A stretch of DNA of 64,000 nt from the NCBI RefSeq assembly GCF_964355755.1, contig NC_092676.1:25314871-25378870 (forward strand). Reading direction: 5' to 3'. This document shows, piece by piece, positions 26,020-40,355 of the stretch (positions are counted from its first letter, which is position 1; each line of letters starts with the position of its first letter). Below the pieces are notes generated by a model. The model saw only the letters and a program-made list of their open reading frames with translations, searched no databases and was not told where the DNA came from. This DNA is from Antedon mediterranea (lineage: Eukaryota > Animalia > Echinodermata). Made by a program: the position numbers and the translations under genes.

Positions 26020-26615
26020 GTGAGTATAACATCACTAACAACAATCACATCAATCATATCCCTTTTTCTATCTACCTAGCTTTGTACAGATAATTTCCAT
26101 ATTCCTTTCTGAACTATATACAAGTTATACTTCAAATCCCCTATACATAATAAATGGCATAATCTATGAACCCCTCACAAACACTCTCACAAAGTCTTCT
26201 TTGTTGAACAAGGCGCTTTCATTGATAAGCGGGCCGTTTAAAAAATGTTGATTTTAATAAAAATGTAATATATTGTAGATGATATAAATAATAATAAATA
26301 ACCAATAAAAAGTCTAAATGAAGAAATAAGACATGTTCTGAGTAATGGGTTTATCACCCTGCTGTTTTTAGAATGTTAGTATAAGTACCGTAATCACTTT
26401 TTTTAAAGTATGTTTATCTTTAATTTCCTTTTTTGGTAAATCTACCAAAAATTTACTTATCTAAATTCATCTGCTTTTCGTGTACCTTGACCTAGCATTT
26501 CGGTTTAAAGGATTATATAATCGCTGAGAACTCAACATATACAGCTTAAAATCACATCTGTTGTTGACAATCACAGATGTTCAACATTAACATAATGTAA
26601 CTGTTACCATTTCAG

Positions 26616-26779
26616 CGAAAACATAAACACAGCAGCAGTCATCATCATCGCCATCATACTCACCATCGCAGCGAGCAACGTAAAGACCGTGCACTCGCAA
26701 AAGACGGCAATCAGAACGTTGAAGAGGTTACCGTTTCCACGACACCGAGGACAAGGCGGCGCTCTGAATACCAAGACAG
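26616..26779 (+). CDS. ARHGAP39: ARHGAP39-like exon, His-rich low complexity
   Basis: ttcAG|CGA...AG|GTATGG; open frame, phase 0 to 2, consistent with neighbours. Confidence 0.82.
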
Positions 26780-26964
26780 GTATGGTTATTTTATTTACAG
26801 TAAAAATCTTTTTTGGACCAAACAAAGTCCCTCGCAGGTGTTGGCTGTAGTGTTAAAACATATATTAGTTGTAGTTTATTTTAAGAAATTGTCCCTGTAC
26901 TGTAATAAAGTGGTCCCCTGTAATGTACATATTTTCACAGTTTCATAACAAATTATAATTTTAG

Positions 26965-28772
26965 GTCATCAAAAGAAGTATTATCCCTAAGGCAGGACAT
27001 AAGCAAATTTGCTAAAGATGTTCCGACACCAGACACGAGCAAGGTGGGTCACGAAAGACAAGAGGTCACCAAAAAAACTAAGGAACCTCAAGTACAGCAT
27101 GCGGTACTAAGCGTCAGTACTTCAGCTCCGGTTGAGTATGCCGTGCTTCAACCCCCTAACGACCTTATTCAAGATGGAAGAAATGATTACGTATCTCCGG
27201 AAGATATGCGCAACGTGTCGCAACAAATTATGGACTTGCAAAGAAATCGTGTTTCTGGAGAAGTTGTTCCTGCAGTGTTGATGCATGAAAGACGCGACAG
27301 TGATTACGGACATCAGTATCCATCCAGCTGGTCATCATCACACAAACCTTACATGTCTCCGATGGAGTCTCCTAGCCCTATTCATCTTTACTCTGATAGC
27401 GTAGGTTCCTCGCAACAATCGTTACCTCATTCGTATTTACGATCGGAGAGTGCAGCTTCACACATTTCACAGCACTCCATATCATCCCAAGATGCGTACC
27501 ATACTCGTTCTGAAAGTGGGCTATCTCTAGGATCTCAACATTCGTTAGAGAGCCCAATGGATTCAAGCGTATTCGCACCGACTCCTTCCCCGAGTTTTAA
27601 ACAATTTGAGCGTCAGCTTTCAGCACAGTCTCAGTCCTCTCAACAAGCATTCTCATTTTCTCAGGAAAAATCTTTAAATCGTTTGTCACAGGAAGGACCA
27701 AGAGGATCAAAAACTTCATTAAACCGCCTGTCGCAGGAAGGTCCAAAGGTGCCACCAACAAAGGGAAGCAGTCCAAAAACAGTTCAATCGCCTCAACCTA
27801 AGAAAAGACCACATCCACGTATGGGTATTCTTGCCACTAGGCATCAAAGTAGTGTTAAAACAGGGTCACAGCCACGTCAATCTGGACATATAGGAAGAGA
27901 GACTGGACCACCAACACAACCAAAGATACATCTCTACGACACTGTACAACCTTTGGCTCCAAAGACATCTTCACCAAGGTATTCAGGGGATATGAGTCAG
28001 CAACCTGAAGGTGTTGCTAATATTCCACTAATTCATGACCAGCAGACATTGCCATTTCAGGAAACCAAACAGCAGAGGGTGGCTAGTCAAGAATTAAAAC
28101 AATCAAAAGCAGACAATAAGGAAAATAAAAAAAAGGCTGTTAATATATCACGGGAAAGAGTAGATATTCAAAAGCCTGAATCTGTCGAAGAACTTGTTGA
28201 ACAAATGAACACTTACCTAGAACAAGAGGCCATGAGTGGCATAGCAATAACTCAAAGTTTGGATCATCAAAAAGAAAATAAATTTAGACACCAACATTCC
28301 GATAGTCAACTTTCCAAAATATCTCATTCCTCACAACATTCTGGTCTGTCTTTAAGTTCCAACTTATCAGATTCCGTTTTACCTTCTTCAAGGAAATTAT
28401 CAGGATCACATAGCTCGTTTATGGATTCACCAGCAAGCATTCACTCTTCCGAAGGGCAGCTGAGTCAGAGCCAAAGTATAGAACATAGTCGGCACGAGCA
28501 AGGCCCGATTTATGAAAATGTTGAATTTCAAGAACAGAAGCAGATCGAAAAAGAACAATTGAAAAAGTTAAGAGAGCTTGATATGCGAGATTCGGAAAAG
28601 CCGTTTAAATACCCAGAGCGTGGAAGTAGTAAACTTCGACCTAGATCGAGAACGCCCTCACCGGCAATCTTCTTAAACGGCAGCCGCGAAGTTAAAAATG
28701 GTTTAGTGGATATTGAAGACAGTAGAGGCTCAGATAATAAGCTTGATTCAACCGCAGAGACACTAGAGCCAG
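26965..28772 (+). CDS. ARHGAP39: ARHGAP39-like large exon, Ser/Gln/Pro-rich disordered linker
   Basis: 1808-nt open frame; ttttAG|G acceptor (phase 2), CAG|GTACAT donor (phase 1). Confidence 0.85.
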
Positions 28773-29037
28773 GTACATTGATATCTTATCCTTTCTTCCA
28801 TCAGTTTATGAAAGCCTCCATTCATAAGTCTATAATTAAGCATTGCCCAGATAGGATTTTGTCATTGTTGTAAAGTGTGGTACCCAAAATGATAGTACAC
28901 ATTTCATTGTACTTTACATAATTTCATTGTAATATGTTCAGCATCTGTCTTGTGTTGGACAAACCAATTTTGATCCATGATGTGACAAACATTTTGTGCA
29001 GGCATAATCTTTTAAAACATCTTTTTTTCCCCAACAG

Positions 29038-29309
29038 TCTCACCAGATGCCGTCTCAGAGACATCAGCATTCATGTACGAGAGTGACCAAGCATCTCCAG
29101 CAACATCACCAACTCTTTCCACGCATCATCAAGATGGCATTGGTATCTTGACATCCGAGACGGTCCATGCGTCCCTAAGACGTACCAGACGACCAGAAAA
29201 CACGAATGGGAACAAGTCATTTGACAACTCGGAACGCTCGGTAGGGCAACAACGGCCATCGTCGATGGTCATAGCTCTTAGCAGTAGTCCAACAACAGAC
29301 AGGTGGAAG
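29038..29309 (+). CDS. ARHGAP39: ARHGAP39-like exon (…HASLRR…QQRPSSMV…)
   Basis: aacAG|TC acceptor phase 1; AAG|GTGGGT donor phase 0, matching the exon at 49298. Confidence 0.8.
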
Positions 29310-29413
29310 GTGGGTTTCTTTTCTCTGGTGATGTTATTCTTATGGTTGTGCTACTTATTTATAATTCATAAGCATACAAATTTATTATTATGTATACACA
29401 GCAGTAACCAATT

Positions 29414-29450
<37 letters not shown>

Positions 29451-29745
29451 CATATTTAATGAGGGTGATCCATCCAGCTATTGCTGATCATTAGGGACCC
29501 TCAGAGGTTCACAAGACAAACATATACACAAGATGCTCTACATAAACAAAGTCTTATTACAAGTCTTTGGGAGTGGAGTAATTTGGTCCTTAGAAAAAAA
29601 TCCTGACATGTGACGGGACTTGAACCCTTGGAGTGGTAGCCAAGCATCATAACCACCAAGCCACAACTCCACTCAAATGAATCATGAAGCTCTGTATACA
29701 CTATCAAACTTCATAAGCATTTCTTCTACAAATTTACAGTACAGT

Positions 29746-31358
29746 CAGTGGTGGCGCCAGCGGGGGGGCTACGGGGGCTCTAGCCCCCTCGTCGGGGAGC
29801 CTAGCCCCCCCCCACTTTTTGTCGGGGAATATAATATACAGTAAAAAATGTTCGCGTTCACTTCATATAGCTTCAGCGCCTTAGAAAACCACGACGTTCC
29901 ATTGACCGTGAGAGTACGTCAGAGGGCTATTATGCACTTTTATGCATTCATTTATTGCCAGCGATCTAACTTACTACTAAACATTAGCTAGGTACGCACT
30001 TGTCTGGCGGTATCCCTTTGTACGAATCGTTCAACGTTGGGTCGACACGCTTACGCGTGATATCAAGTTCCATCCAGGGACCAAAATGTGTAATGTAGTT
30101 ATTTTCCAGGCGAAGTTTACCGGCGGTTACCGAAGGGAACACGGGTACTTTTTGTCGGGGAATATAATATACAGTAAAAAGCGTTCGCGTTCACTTCGTA
30201 GCTAGCTTCAGCGCCTAGAAAACCGCGACGTTTCATTGACCGTGAGAGTACGTCAGAGTGATATTATGCACTTTATATGCATTCATTATTGCCAGCGATC
30301 TAACTTACTACTAAACAATAGCTAGGTTCGCACTTGTCTGTCGGTATCCCTTTGTACGAATCGTTCAACGTTGGGTCGAGACGCGTGATATCATGTTCCA
30401 TCCAGGGACCAAAATGTGTACTGTAGTTATTTTCCAGGCGAAGTTTACTGACGGTTACGTCGTGTACTGCGTCGACGTACGCTACACTACAGCAGCAAAA
30501 ACGAATTATGTTAATTGTCCGTATGTTCACCAATTTTTTTAATTTACAAGTAACCTTCTCTGTACCGTGGGGCACCTAAAATAAATTTTTCATCCATTAC
30601 TAAACAAAAAAACATGCCATTTTCGCTTAGCCAACATCTTATTATAGCTAAGTTATTACATTTTCAATGTCCTGTATGTCATGAATTTCTCACCACTCGG
30701 AAGTCCAGATGGTACGCACGCATACATTTGGGAGGAATAAACTTATTTCCCCGACTGAAAAAGGTCTACGCTTGCGTTTTTTAAGCCTCTAGGCCTGATG
30801 TTTCCAAAGTATAAAATGCAATTTTTTGAAGACCTGCAGCTCTAGTTTTAAACAGTTTCTTAGCTCAGCCCCAACAATAAAGCTGGTCATATTTCGAAGT
30901 ACAAGAAGTGCATTTTCCGGGACCTAACATCTCTATTTTTCAAACATTTCTTAGCTCAGTCACAACCATGATAGGGACTTATATATTTTGTTTCATGTTT
31001 TGAAGTATAATAAGTCCAATTTCCGGGACCTCCAACTCTATTTTTCTAAATTTTCTCTGAACTTTTATTTTTTAAATTGAAAAATATGGATTGAAACAGT
31101 CATCGCGCATCGTTTTTTTGCACGCAGTATTTTATTTATGCATTATAAAAAATGGAAAAAATGGCTACCCTAAATCTGATTAAAATGACCTCAAATGACG
31201 CTAGAACGCGTTGCTTACGGGGGCTTCGCCCCCTGGACCCCCACCGGGGGCCCTTGGCGGCCCCCTGGCCCCCAGCCTAGTGATGCTCGCTTCGCTCGCA
31301 TAGCCCCCTCGTCGGGGAATGTAGCCCCCGCGTCGGGAAGATCCTGGCGCCACCCCTG
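29746..31358. mobile_element. Non-autonomous hAT-type DNA transposon
   Basis: TIRs CAGTGGTGGCGCCAG / CTGGCGCCACCCCTG; exact 8-bp TSD AGTACAGT at 29738-29745 and 31359-31366; GC-rich subterminal repeats; no transposase. Confidence 0.88.
29814..30458. repeat. Internal tandem duplication (period about 333 bp) within the hAT element
   Basis: 29814-30130 and 30147-30458 are highly similar. Confidence 0.9.
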
Positions 31359-31412
31359 AGTACAGTATTATTATTTGTACACAGTAGTAACCAGTGAATC
31401 ATGTTTTGTATA

Positions 31413-31566
31413 AAGCTTTGTCTACACTCAAATTTTATGTGACAACAAAAAATGTGATGTGCCCATATATGGACATGATGATGTCATATCACTACCATAT
31501 TTGGGCACATCACTACCATATTTGGGCACATCACACTTTTGTCAGTCTGATAGCTAGACAGAGCTT
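31413..31566. mobile_element. MITE family A copy
   Basis: TIRs and internal sequence. Confidence 0.8.
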
Positions 31567-31966
31567 AATACGACAAAAATTTACTTTACAAGGAATATTC
31601 TGATGCCGTTTCTTCCAGTAGTGAGTATACAGACATCCCTATATAGATTACAAATATATTTATGTTGTATCTATCTACAATGTATTGCGAATTGGAAGGG
31701 TTATATATACATATTACTGTCATTTAGCAACGTTTAGCATTATAAAATTCTTCAATAAGATCAATCATAATAAGCCTATAGCTTGTGAATTATTTATAAA
31801 TGTAAGCACAACCATTGCATGTTTTACTCTATTTCTACTTTTGCATGTAAATCAGCAGTATCAGAAGGAGGAGAAAATATGAATGCTGACCTCTATTGCC
31901 TCTATTTCTTGTGCATAGTATTCTGTAGGTTGTAACTGCAGAATATATAAGGAAATTAAAAGTCTG

Positions 31967-32136
31967 AAGCTCTGTCAACACTATCAAACTAGTTTGACAA
32001 AAAAGTGTGATATGCCCAAATATGGTGGTAATGATATACCCAAATATGGTAGTGATATGACACCATCATGTCTATATATGGGCACATCACAATTTTTTAG
32101 TCACAGAAAGTTTGATAGTGGTTGAGACAACTCTTT
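31967..32136. mobile_element. MITE family A copy
   Basis: TIRs and internal sequence. Confidence 0.8.
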
Positions 32137-35100
32137 CAGGATACCTCACCCTGAAGCAAACAATAATGATATGCAGCTGGTATATCTTGTCATGCCTTCT
32201 TCCCACACACAAGTTCAATTCTTTTCAATTTCGCCATATTTCTTTTTTTATAGTTTTTACTTGGCAAAAATATTGCTTGCTTTATGTTTTGTCCGTTTGT
32301 TTGCATATAAGTCCACTCCACGTTATTGTCATGAATTTTCACAAATAGGTATATACCAAAAACAAACCATTTTCAGGTAATTGGTGACATCACAAAAGCT
32401 TACTCACTTATTTATCTTTAGTAGGCCTGGCTTGAAATATTTAAAAAAATACAGTAGCATGCCCTCTGTCATTCTCTGATTCATTCTTTTTTCCAAGTAT
32501 TTTTTCTCAATTTCGGAGTACTTAATTTATCAACAGCTCGGAATTTGACTTTACTACATTCATTGCATTGTTGCGCCATGAGCATCTAATTTGTGATGGA
32601 AACCAAAGCAATATAAGATTTCCCTATCATTATTATTACTATTAGAATGGTTGTTATCTATTTTGGTATATGAATCAGCAACTTGTGTTTTTTAAAGTAC
32701 CTCTCATTTAGCTATTAATTATTATAAATGTCATCATTTATTGTCATATGATTATAAGTTAAACACTCTTTAAACTCCTCTACCCGTCAGTATTTCCTCA
32801 TTTACCAGAGGCCACTTTTAAAATATTGTTATTATAAACAAGTCATCGACAGTGACTGACAATCACATACTAAAAATATAGGCCATTGCATGTTTTCCCT
32901 AAAGACTTTTTTGTCCTGACCCAGGAGCATATCCAAGGGGGGTCGGGGAGAGTGAAGTTTGCCTGGTCCCTCCTAAATTTTGCAAATTGTATGCAAAATA
33001 TAGGACATCAAATTAAGCTCAGCCTTTCATTTCACCATTTTTCGCCCCTGGCCCCTCCTCCCCCCCCCCCCCCCCCCCCCTCGCCCTCTATTTCAAAATC
33101 CATGATCTACGACTGTTGACTGATACATGACATAGCAATAATAATAATATGTTACTATACAGGCACATTCATCTGCTAAAAAAACGATTAATGGAAGCCA
33201 CCTCTTACAACACTAACCTTTTGTACAAGATAAATGTAATTGCTTACAATATAATACAGTAGTTACATATATTTTTACCCAAAACCCGTCACTATTATAA
33301 TCAAATTTATTCGTCCAGGTCCGTTACAACGAAAGCGTTACAAATTTAATTTAAGTTTAATAAGTCTGAACACGTTAATAATTGTAATGTTTCCTCGATT
33401 TACAACATGAAGCCATAACTGATATTTGTTATGGACATTGATATTCATATTTTCATTATAAAATTTAATCTAAAAATGAAACAAATAGGATTCCAAATTC
33501 ATTATTGGAATGTTAAACTTTATTTTGTGATTAACAAAACTGAAGTGAAAACAATATTTTCTATTGTTTTGTATTTTCTTTAAACAAAAAATTAATTGTG
33601 CAAATTGTTAATTGCGTTTTCACCCCGTTTACCAAGTATCATAGCTAGGGTAACTAAATCCAGCTTACAAAGCTAAATTATCATTAATTGGATATTTTGT
33701 TAAAACTTGTCTTTGTTTAAATTTTAAAGAAAATAACTTGCATTTTCATGCATCATTTCATCTTGTTGAACAAATTGATTGACATTGTTACGCATGTATG
33801 ACCAACCATTGATTTGAAACAATGTGGAAATCAAAGAGGGAAAACCGGAAGATTCCATTTTATGGATGGTGGTTTTTCACTTTCTATTAATTGGTATTTT
33901 ATTATAACAGATAATTTATCAAACTTAGTCTTTGTGTGTTTCGTTTCTTTTCTACTCTTCAAATGAATTTAAACAGTTTTAGCATAATACAGTGTATATG
34001 GGTGGATGGAGGTCACAGTAAATTCATTGAACTTTAAATCGTGACCCCGTTTTAGTATAATAATAACATGCTATGGAATAGAATAAAATATATGTTTGAA
34101 AATGAAGGTACATAAAAATCACAAAAGTACATAAAATTTAAAAAAAAAACAAAAAATCATGCATAAGACACCAGTACATGGGTGTATCCAAGATTTTTTA
34201 AACAATATTAAAAATAGATTTCAAAAAGTAGTTTATAATTTGCACATATCACTACCAGCTCCGCCCCTGGTTGGTCAGGTTTAGACAAGACACACCTATT
34301 GAGTATAATTACTAACTTTCTTTCACATCAATGAATTATTTAAAAGATTATTCTCCAACAAGTATCATTAAAAAATGCTACTGGATGCTCATAACATAGA
34401 GATATTATATAATATCTCTATGCTCATAATAAATATGTTTATATGGGGACTGTAGGCACATGAACAATCTACAACTACAAACTCTTGACCCACTAGCATA
34501 GAGTTCTTCCCTATCGCAACCGCACCACTTTAAGTCACGTAGCTGTGGCCCTGATTTTTATATCCTGTCATTTAGCACCAAAACTTGTAGGTGATAGTTC
34601 ATTATAAAATATATGTTGTTTTATAGTAACAATATCAGATTTGCTATTTGATATACTTCCAGTTAACTTTTAACATTCTTTTTTTTAGAAAATAAAATTA
34701 CTACTGTTTAAGCTCAGGTACAGGCATGAATTTTAAATATAATATTTGGTTAATTATACATAAATCAAATATTTGTAACAGAAATCGAGACGAAAAAACA
34801 TGAATTTCCTTTAATATGGTCAAATACAAAAATTGGGAAAATTCTTCCATAAAAAACAGAAAGACTTTTTTTCAGTAGTTAGGTAGTTAACCTAATGTAA
34901 TAACATGTCTGGTGACTCCCTAGACGGTGAAAAAAGATGGTGGATATACAGTGGATAATTTTTGCTATAGCATGAAAATAAAAAGCTGAAGTTGAATAAA
35001 AATATCAGAAATGTAATATTCAAGTTATATTACCTATATTTAGTCACCTGATAACATTTTTTACCACACCGTTTATTTTTCATAGCTTTTTAAAATGCCT

Positions 35101-37369
35101 CTCTATTTACAAAATTTGTGTACAAAAGAATAGAGATTTTACTGTGTAATTTGAACTATCCCCCCACTGATAAGAAAGTGCTTATTTTCAACAAGCTTGT
35201 GTAACACAAATAAAATCCCAAAAATTATGAAACATAGGGGAAACTATAGATCGATAATTATTGGAATGTATGATCAATAGAAATTTTTTGCCCGTACCTG
35301 ACCTTTAAAACAATTATATTTCCATACAATATTCAATAATGAGCTATAAACTTGATGGTTCTTAATCATATGCTATCTATTATTTAAATTAGGTACTGAT
35401 GATGTCATCAATTGTTTGATGTCATCAATGACTTTGTATTGTAGCTACAATGCATTACAATGTCATTTACCTCATCCACCCTTGAGTGAGTGAGTCAGTC
35501 AATCAATCAATCAATTATAAATCAATCAATCAATCAATTTTCTGAATTCTTTCCTATAGTTTTATTGCACTAATATGCCTGTCATGTTGTAACCTAATAT
35601 AGAATTCATTGAAATATTTTCATTTCGATTGGAACTTTGCAAAACCTTTGAATATAATTATTGAGTTTATTTTATAATTGGAACTTAAATGAGTTTCATA
35701 TTTCTTCATAGTTGCTGTTAACATGGCTTGACTTGTCTCTTAGTTGTCCTCTCGGAAATACAACTGTTCAGTTCAAGTAGTTATTGTTGTTTTACAAGGA
35801 TGTATCGTAGTCAGTTATGTTGATAATATCAAGGAATATAGGAAATAGTTAAAATGCTACTTTTTATCTTTCTCTTTCAAGGGATATATTGCAAAATTGT
35901 TTACACTTTATTGAAGTTGGTAGCTGAGGTAATTGCTTTACCAGTGCATATGTTATATAGAGATATTTCATATTTTCCACAAAATATCCACCATTATACA
36001 GACCTTTATTAGGACACCATCCTGGACCCAACAATGCGTCCCTTTTTATATAGTGTCCCTGGTTGGCCATAGAGTTGAAAAATATGTTTTTCCTTGTTCG
36101 TTTCACAGTTAGGTGTCCCCTTGATAGGTGTCTTACCTGAACGATAATGCCTAAAAGAGGGGCTCTTTTGTAATCGTTTTAAAACTTTAAAAAATGATGC
36201 TTGATTTGTTTGTTTTTTTTTTTAAATTCTTTTTATTTTAATAACCTGTACAACCATGATCTTGTGTTGAGGTATATAAATGTACTTTAAGTTTGTTAAC
36301 TTGTTTATATTTTATTCCTGTCATCTAATAGCATTGTACTGTAGGCCTAGACCTTTTCCATCCTTCCCTCAACAGCTGCAAAAGTTCATTTTGGTTCACA
36401 TGTTTTGTTTATGGTCTCGTTGATATAATTATTTAAAGAATAAGTTTGTAAATGAGTTCACAATCACACAGTTAATTGAAGCAGTACCAGACTCCAAATA
36501 AGGTGGACACGCTCAGTGACTTTCTCATTTCACTGTGGTCTGTGCTTCCTCTATTGAGTGGACTTGTACATGTAGTAGTATATAATACATTTTGATAGTC
36601 ATAATGTAAACACTTCACACTGTACACAATCCAGTTAGGGGTTTATTTAAATGGAATAGTGTACTTCAGATGTGTTAATATAGTGTACTATAAAATGAGT
36701 CAAACTGACTCATGGAATCCCCACTATTCGGGTATTTTCCCCGTTTGAAATAATGGAATAGTCTATTATGAAAAGTCTATGCACTCATAACAGAGGTTTT
36801 TGTGTGTGAAATGACATCATTGAGTGGTTGAGATGTAACAATAATACTGGTATAGTTCTCACATAGTTAATTCTGGATACATACAGTTGCCAGTTACATT
36901 TTCTAATAGATGTCTTTATTGTTATCAAATATTTCTATGGATATCAATTATTTTTAATGATATCAATTTTTTGTTGCTGATATTTCTCTATTTGGAATTA
37001 CCACCACTACTAAATCTGGATTCACACAGCTGAAGAAAATCAAGATATTCATCCATTTAATTATATTGATATCAATTTTAAAATTGATATCAACTATTAC
37101 ATTGACATCAAGTCTGATATCAACTATTTCATCGATATCAATTTGATCCTACCTCACACAACACGATGATGAGGTATAGGAAGAAGTGTAAATATGTGAC
37201 TAGTACATTTGAGGATGTTAACATGAACAACAGCGTCGTTTTACTTGGTGTAAAATCCTTTGTGGATGTTGCGCATGGTCGCTCAACGTTACGCAATAAT
37301 TCCTTTTACAAGAAAAAGGTTTGTTTTTATAGTTAATAAAATATTGTACTTGCAACAACAACTGAAACA

Positions 37370-37591
37370 CTCTCTTTCTACACTATCAGTATTTGACAAA
37401 ATCAAGTTTACTGTGCCCAAATGTGGTAGTGATATGCTTAAATATGGTAGTGATATGCTTAAATATGGTAGTGATATGCTTAAATATGGTAGTGATATGC
37501 TTAAATATGGTAGTGATATGACATCATCATGTCCATATATGGGCAAATCACATTGTTTGTCACATAAAGTTTGATAGTGTAGACAGAGCTT
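37370..37591. mobile_element. MITE family A copy with internal 21-bp unit expanded to about 5 copies
   Basis: (AAATATGGTAGTGATATGCTT)n at about 37419-37520. Confidence 0.85.
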
Positions 37592-38191
37592 TAGACTTTC
37601 TCAATCTTGCTTCCTTATTGGAATGACATCGTGTAAAAGAATCCTTGACACAATGTTTTCATTTTAACAATTATTTGAAAAAATATGTTTTCTGTCAATT
37701 ATAATAATCCATTTGATTATTAAACCGCAAACGTAAAATTAATTTCCAAAGGGAACATTAATATCCGATTAAAGGCCTTCATTGGCATTCCTTTGGGATT
37801 TTCATTTGCCCTCAAATTGGAACAGTATTATTAATTGTAAATACCCACTAAGCCATATTAATAACCAACCATGTGAAGTTTCAAAGATTAATATCCGCCA
37901 ATATCTGTTGCCAATATGTCATAGAATAATATATATTTATTTTAGTGAAGAAAAAGTTATTCTGCAGTTATGATTGTTGTTTGATGATGTCGTATAACAT
38001 TTAGACTTGCCTCAACTTTCTAGTTGTTCTAATATCATATGTTATTGTTGTTAGTTCACTAGTCGAAGTATGAAATGCCTACATGTTATCCTTATTACCA
38101 ATATTATTTCAAATCAAAGTCTACAACCTACCTGTACGCTATAGTGCTGTAAAACAATGAAAATGTTTATGAATTCATTTTGCATTTTCTA

Positions 38192-38331
38192 AAGCTCTGT
38201 CTACACTATCAAACTTTATGATGTGAATGTGCCCATATATAGACATGATGATCTCATATTACTACCATATTTGTGCATATCACTACCATATTTGGGCACA
38301 TCACACTAGTTTCATAGTGTAGACAGAGCTT
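38192..38331. mobile_element. MITE family A copy, TA-flanked
   Basis: ta|AAGCTCTG...CAGAGCTT|ta. Confidence 0.85.
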
Positions 38332-40206
38332 TAGAAAATATAAAATGAATAACATTTACTTTGTTTTACAATGTTTATAATTGTTGATGTTCTCTTTCTT
38401 GAGGCGTATTTCATTTTGTCTGTCTTCGTCTGGAGGATGTGGTTTAAGGATGTGATTTCTACTGTGTGTTATACTTCTCCTGTCTGCTTCTCGCAAAATT
38501 CAGATTCCCATGGTACACATTTACCGTTTTGCACTTTGAGGGGAGGTGATAAATTATAATGTGTGTTCTAAAATTAGTTTAGAGGTTACTACATTAGCAC
38601 CATAATAGTACAGTTTAACCTGAAGTTTCACCATTAAAATCTAACAAAATTTAATATTTATAATTTGTTTCTCTAGGTGTGTTCTGTTTTGTTCATTGCT
38701 GTTTATAAAAAAGTAAAGAAAAATCTGAATCCTAAAAAGTTCGGAAACTAATTCATCTCCTCCTTTTCTTACTTTGTCTTATTTGTTGATTTTTTTGTCC
38801 TGTCATTTTCATGTTTTTTTTATCATTGTTCTTTTTATATGTATAAGGGTAGCCATAAAACGAGCTTTGCTCTTTTGGTTTTTCCCCTCCATATGTAAAG
38901 AAAAAAGTTAAAATAAAACAAAATTTTTGTTTTATTACTTTTTTCTTTACATACTGTACCTTATCAATAATTCTCATGACATTTTGAATAATAAATTGAA
39001 ACATGAAATTGAAACTATGTAATTTCCATTTAATTATTACTTAACAAAATAAACAATATTAATAATCTTTTTCTTGAATTTGGAACAAATGATTTCTTCA
39101 AATCTTGTTTCTTTCATTGACAAGTGATTTCTTTCAAAACCAGACAAAGCATTGCCAAAGGGTCATCAAGTTAATGTACCAGTTGGTATGTTCTTAAAAT
39201 AAATAAATGTTGTAAATCAATGTTAATGCTTGTCTGTATTAAACATTTATTTTAAAATTCTTTTCTTTGAAAAATAAACTTTTTCTGACAAGTGAACGTT
39301 TTATACAGCTAGTGGTAAGTAGTACACCAATGTACGTACCAGCAGATAATATAAATACTGACTCAATCCTCTTGAGTACAAATATTTAAAATTCTCTGTG
39401 TTAAGTACCGTACTCAAATGTAAATAATTAGCAATTTAAATTGAAGAATTTAGTTTAAATTCAAATAATATGGTAACGATTTCCCGAAACATGCCAACAC
39501 CATCTATTTCTCCTTTGATGAGTTCAGTGCACTAGAGTGAATATTTGTTGATTCATTATAATATAATACATAGTTTGTATGTTGTTACTGTAAGAACTTG
39601 ATAGAGTCCCTAATGAGGTAATTTAAAAAGTTAAACCACCATGATCTTGAAGATTGTAAGCAGGTCATTCTGTTGATGAAAGATGGAAATATTCATTCAA
39701 TAAGTTATTTGGTTTTACTAATTCCATGACTGGAAAACTTTAGAGAGAATGTCAGGTTAAGGTTCTTGCTATACTTGCTAAGACTAAGTGATTGCAAAGT
39801 TTGTTAAATCATTTTGTTAATTATAATTAAAGACCAAACCGTCATGATAAACCTTAATTTTAAGACCGTAATACCGGAGAGAAAACTACAAACTAGATTC
39901 TAGATTGAGGTCATGATAAAGACTCGGAACACACAAAAGTATACTTAGGCGTGAGAAAATTAGAGATTAAATAAGAAACATGTCTTGCTAAAGTTGGCTT
40001 CTTGATGGATGACCATTTCAATTGTTTGAGTGAACTCATTATTTTTAATCATTTCCTTTGGTATTGTAAATGAGTACCAACACTACCAGTAACCAAGGAA
40101 GTGTTACATAAACAGTTTACTTTAAATCTAATAGTCCTGATGTAGAGCAAAGCAACTTTATCCCAGTGGCTAATAGTAATACTGATTGTGAAAACGAGGC
40201 CATTTC

Positions 40207-40355
40207 AAGCTATGTCTACATTATCAAACTTTATGTGACAACAAGTGTGATGTGCCTATATAATGGACATCATGTCATATCACTACCATATTTGGGAAGG
40301 TCACTACCATATTTGGGCACATCACATTTTTTGTGAAACTAGTTTGATAGTGTAC
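40207..40355. mobile_element. MITE family A copy, degenerate
   Basis: Internal sequence and left TIR. Confidence 0.75.

Noticed and set aside
28773-28873. C-terminal extensions of ORF-track entries beyond splice donors (also 29310-29459, 49484-49636, 63097-63180)
   Set aside because: Read-through into introns; good donors and phase-matched downstream exons exist.
37260-37574. ORFs containing KYGSDM repeats (also 11719, 21865, 31394, 60722)
   Set aside because: Translations of MITE family A, not protein-coding genes.
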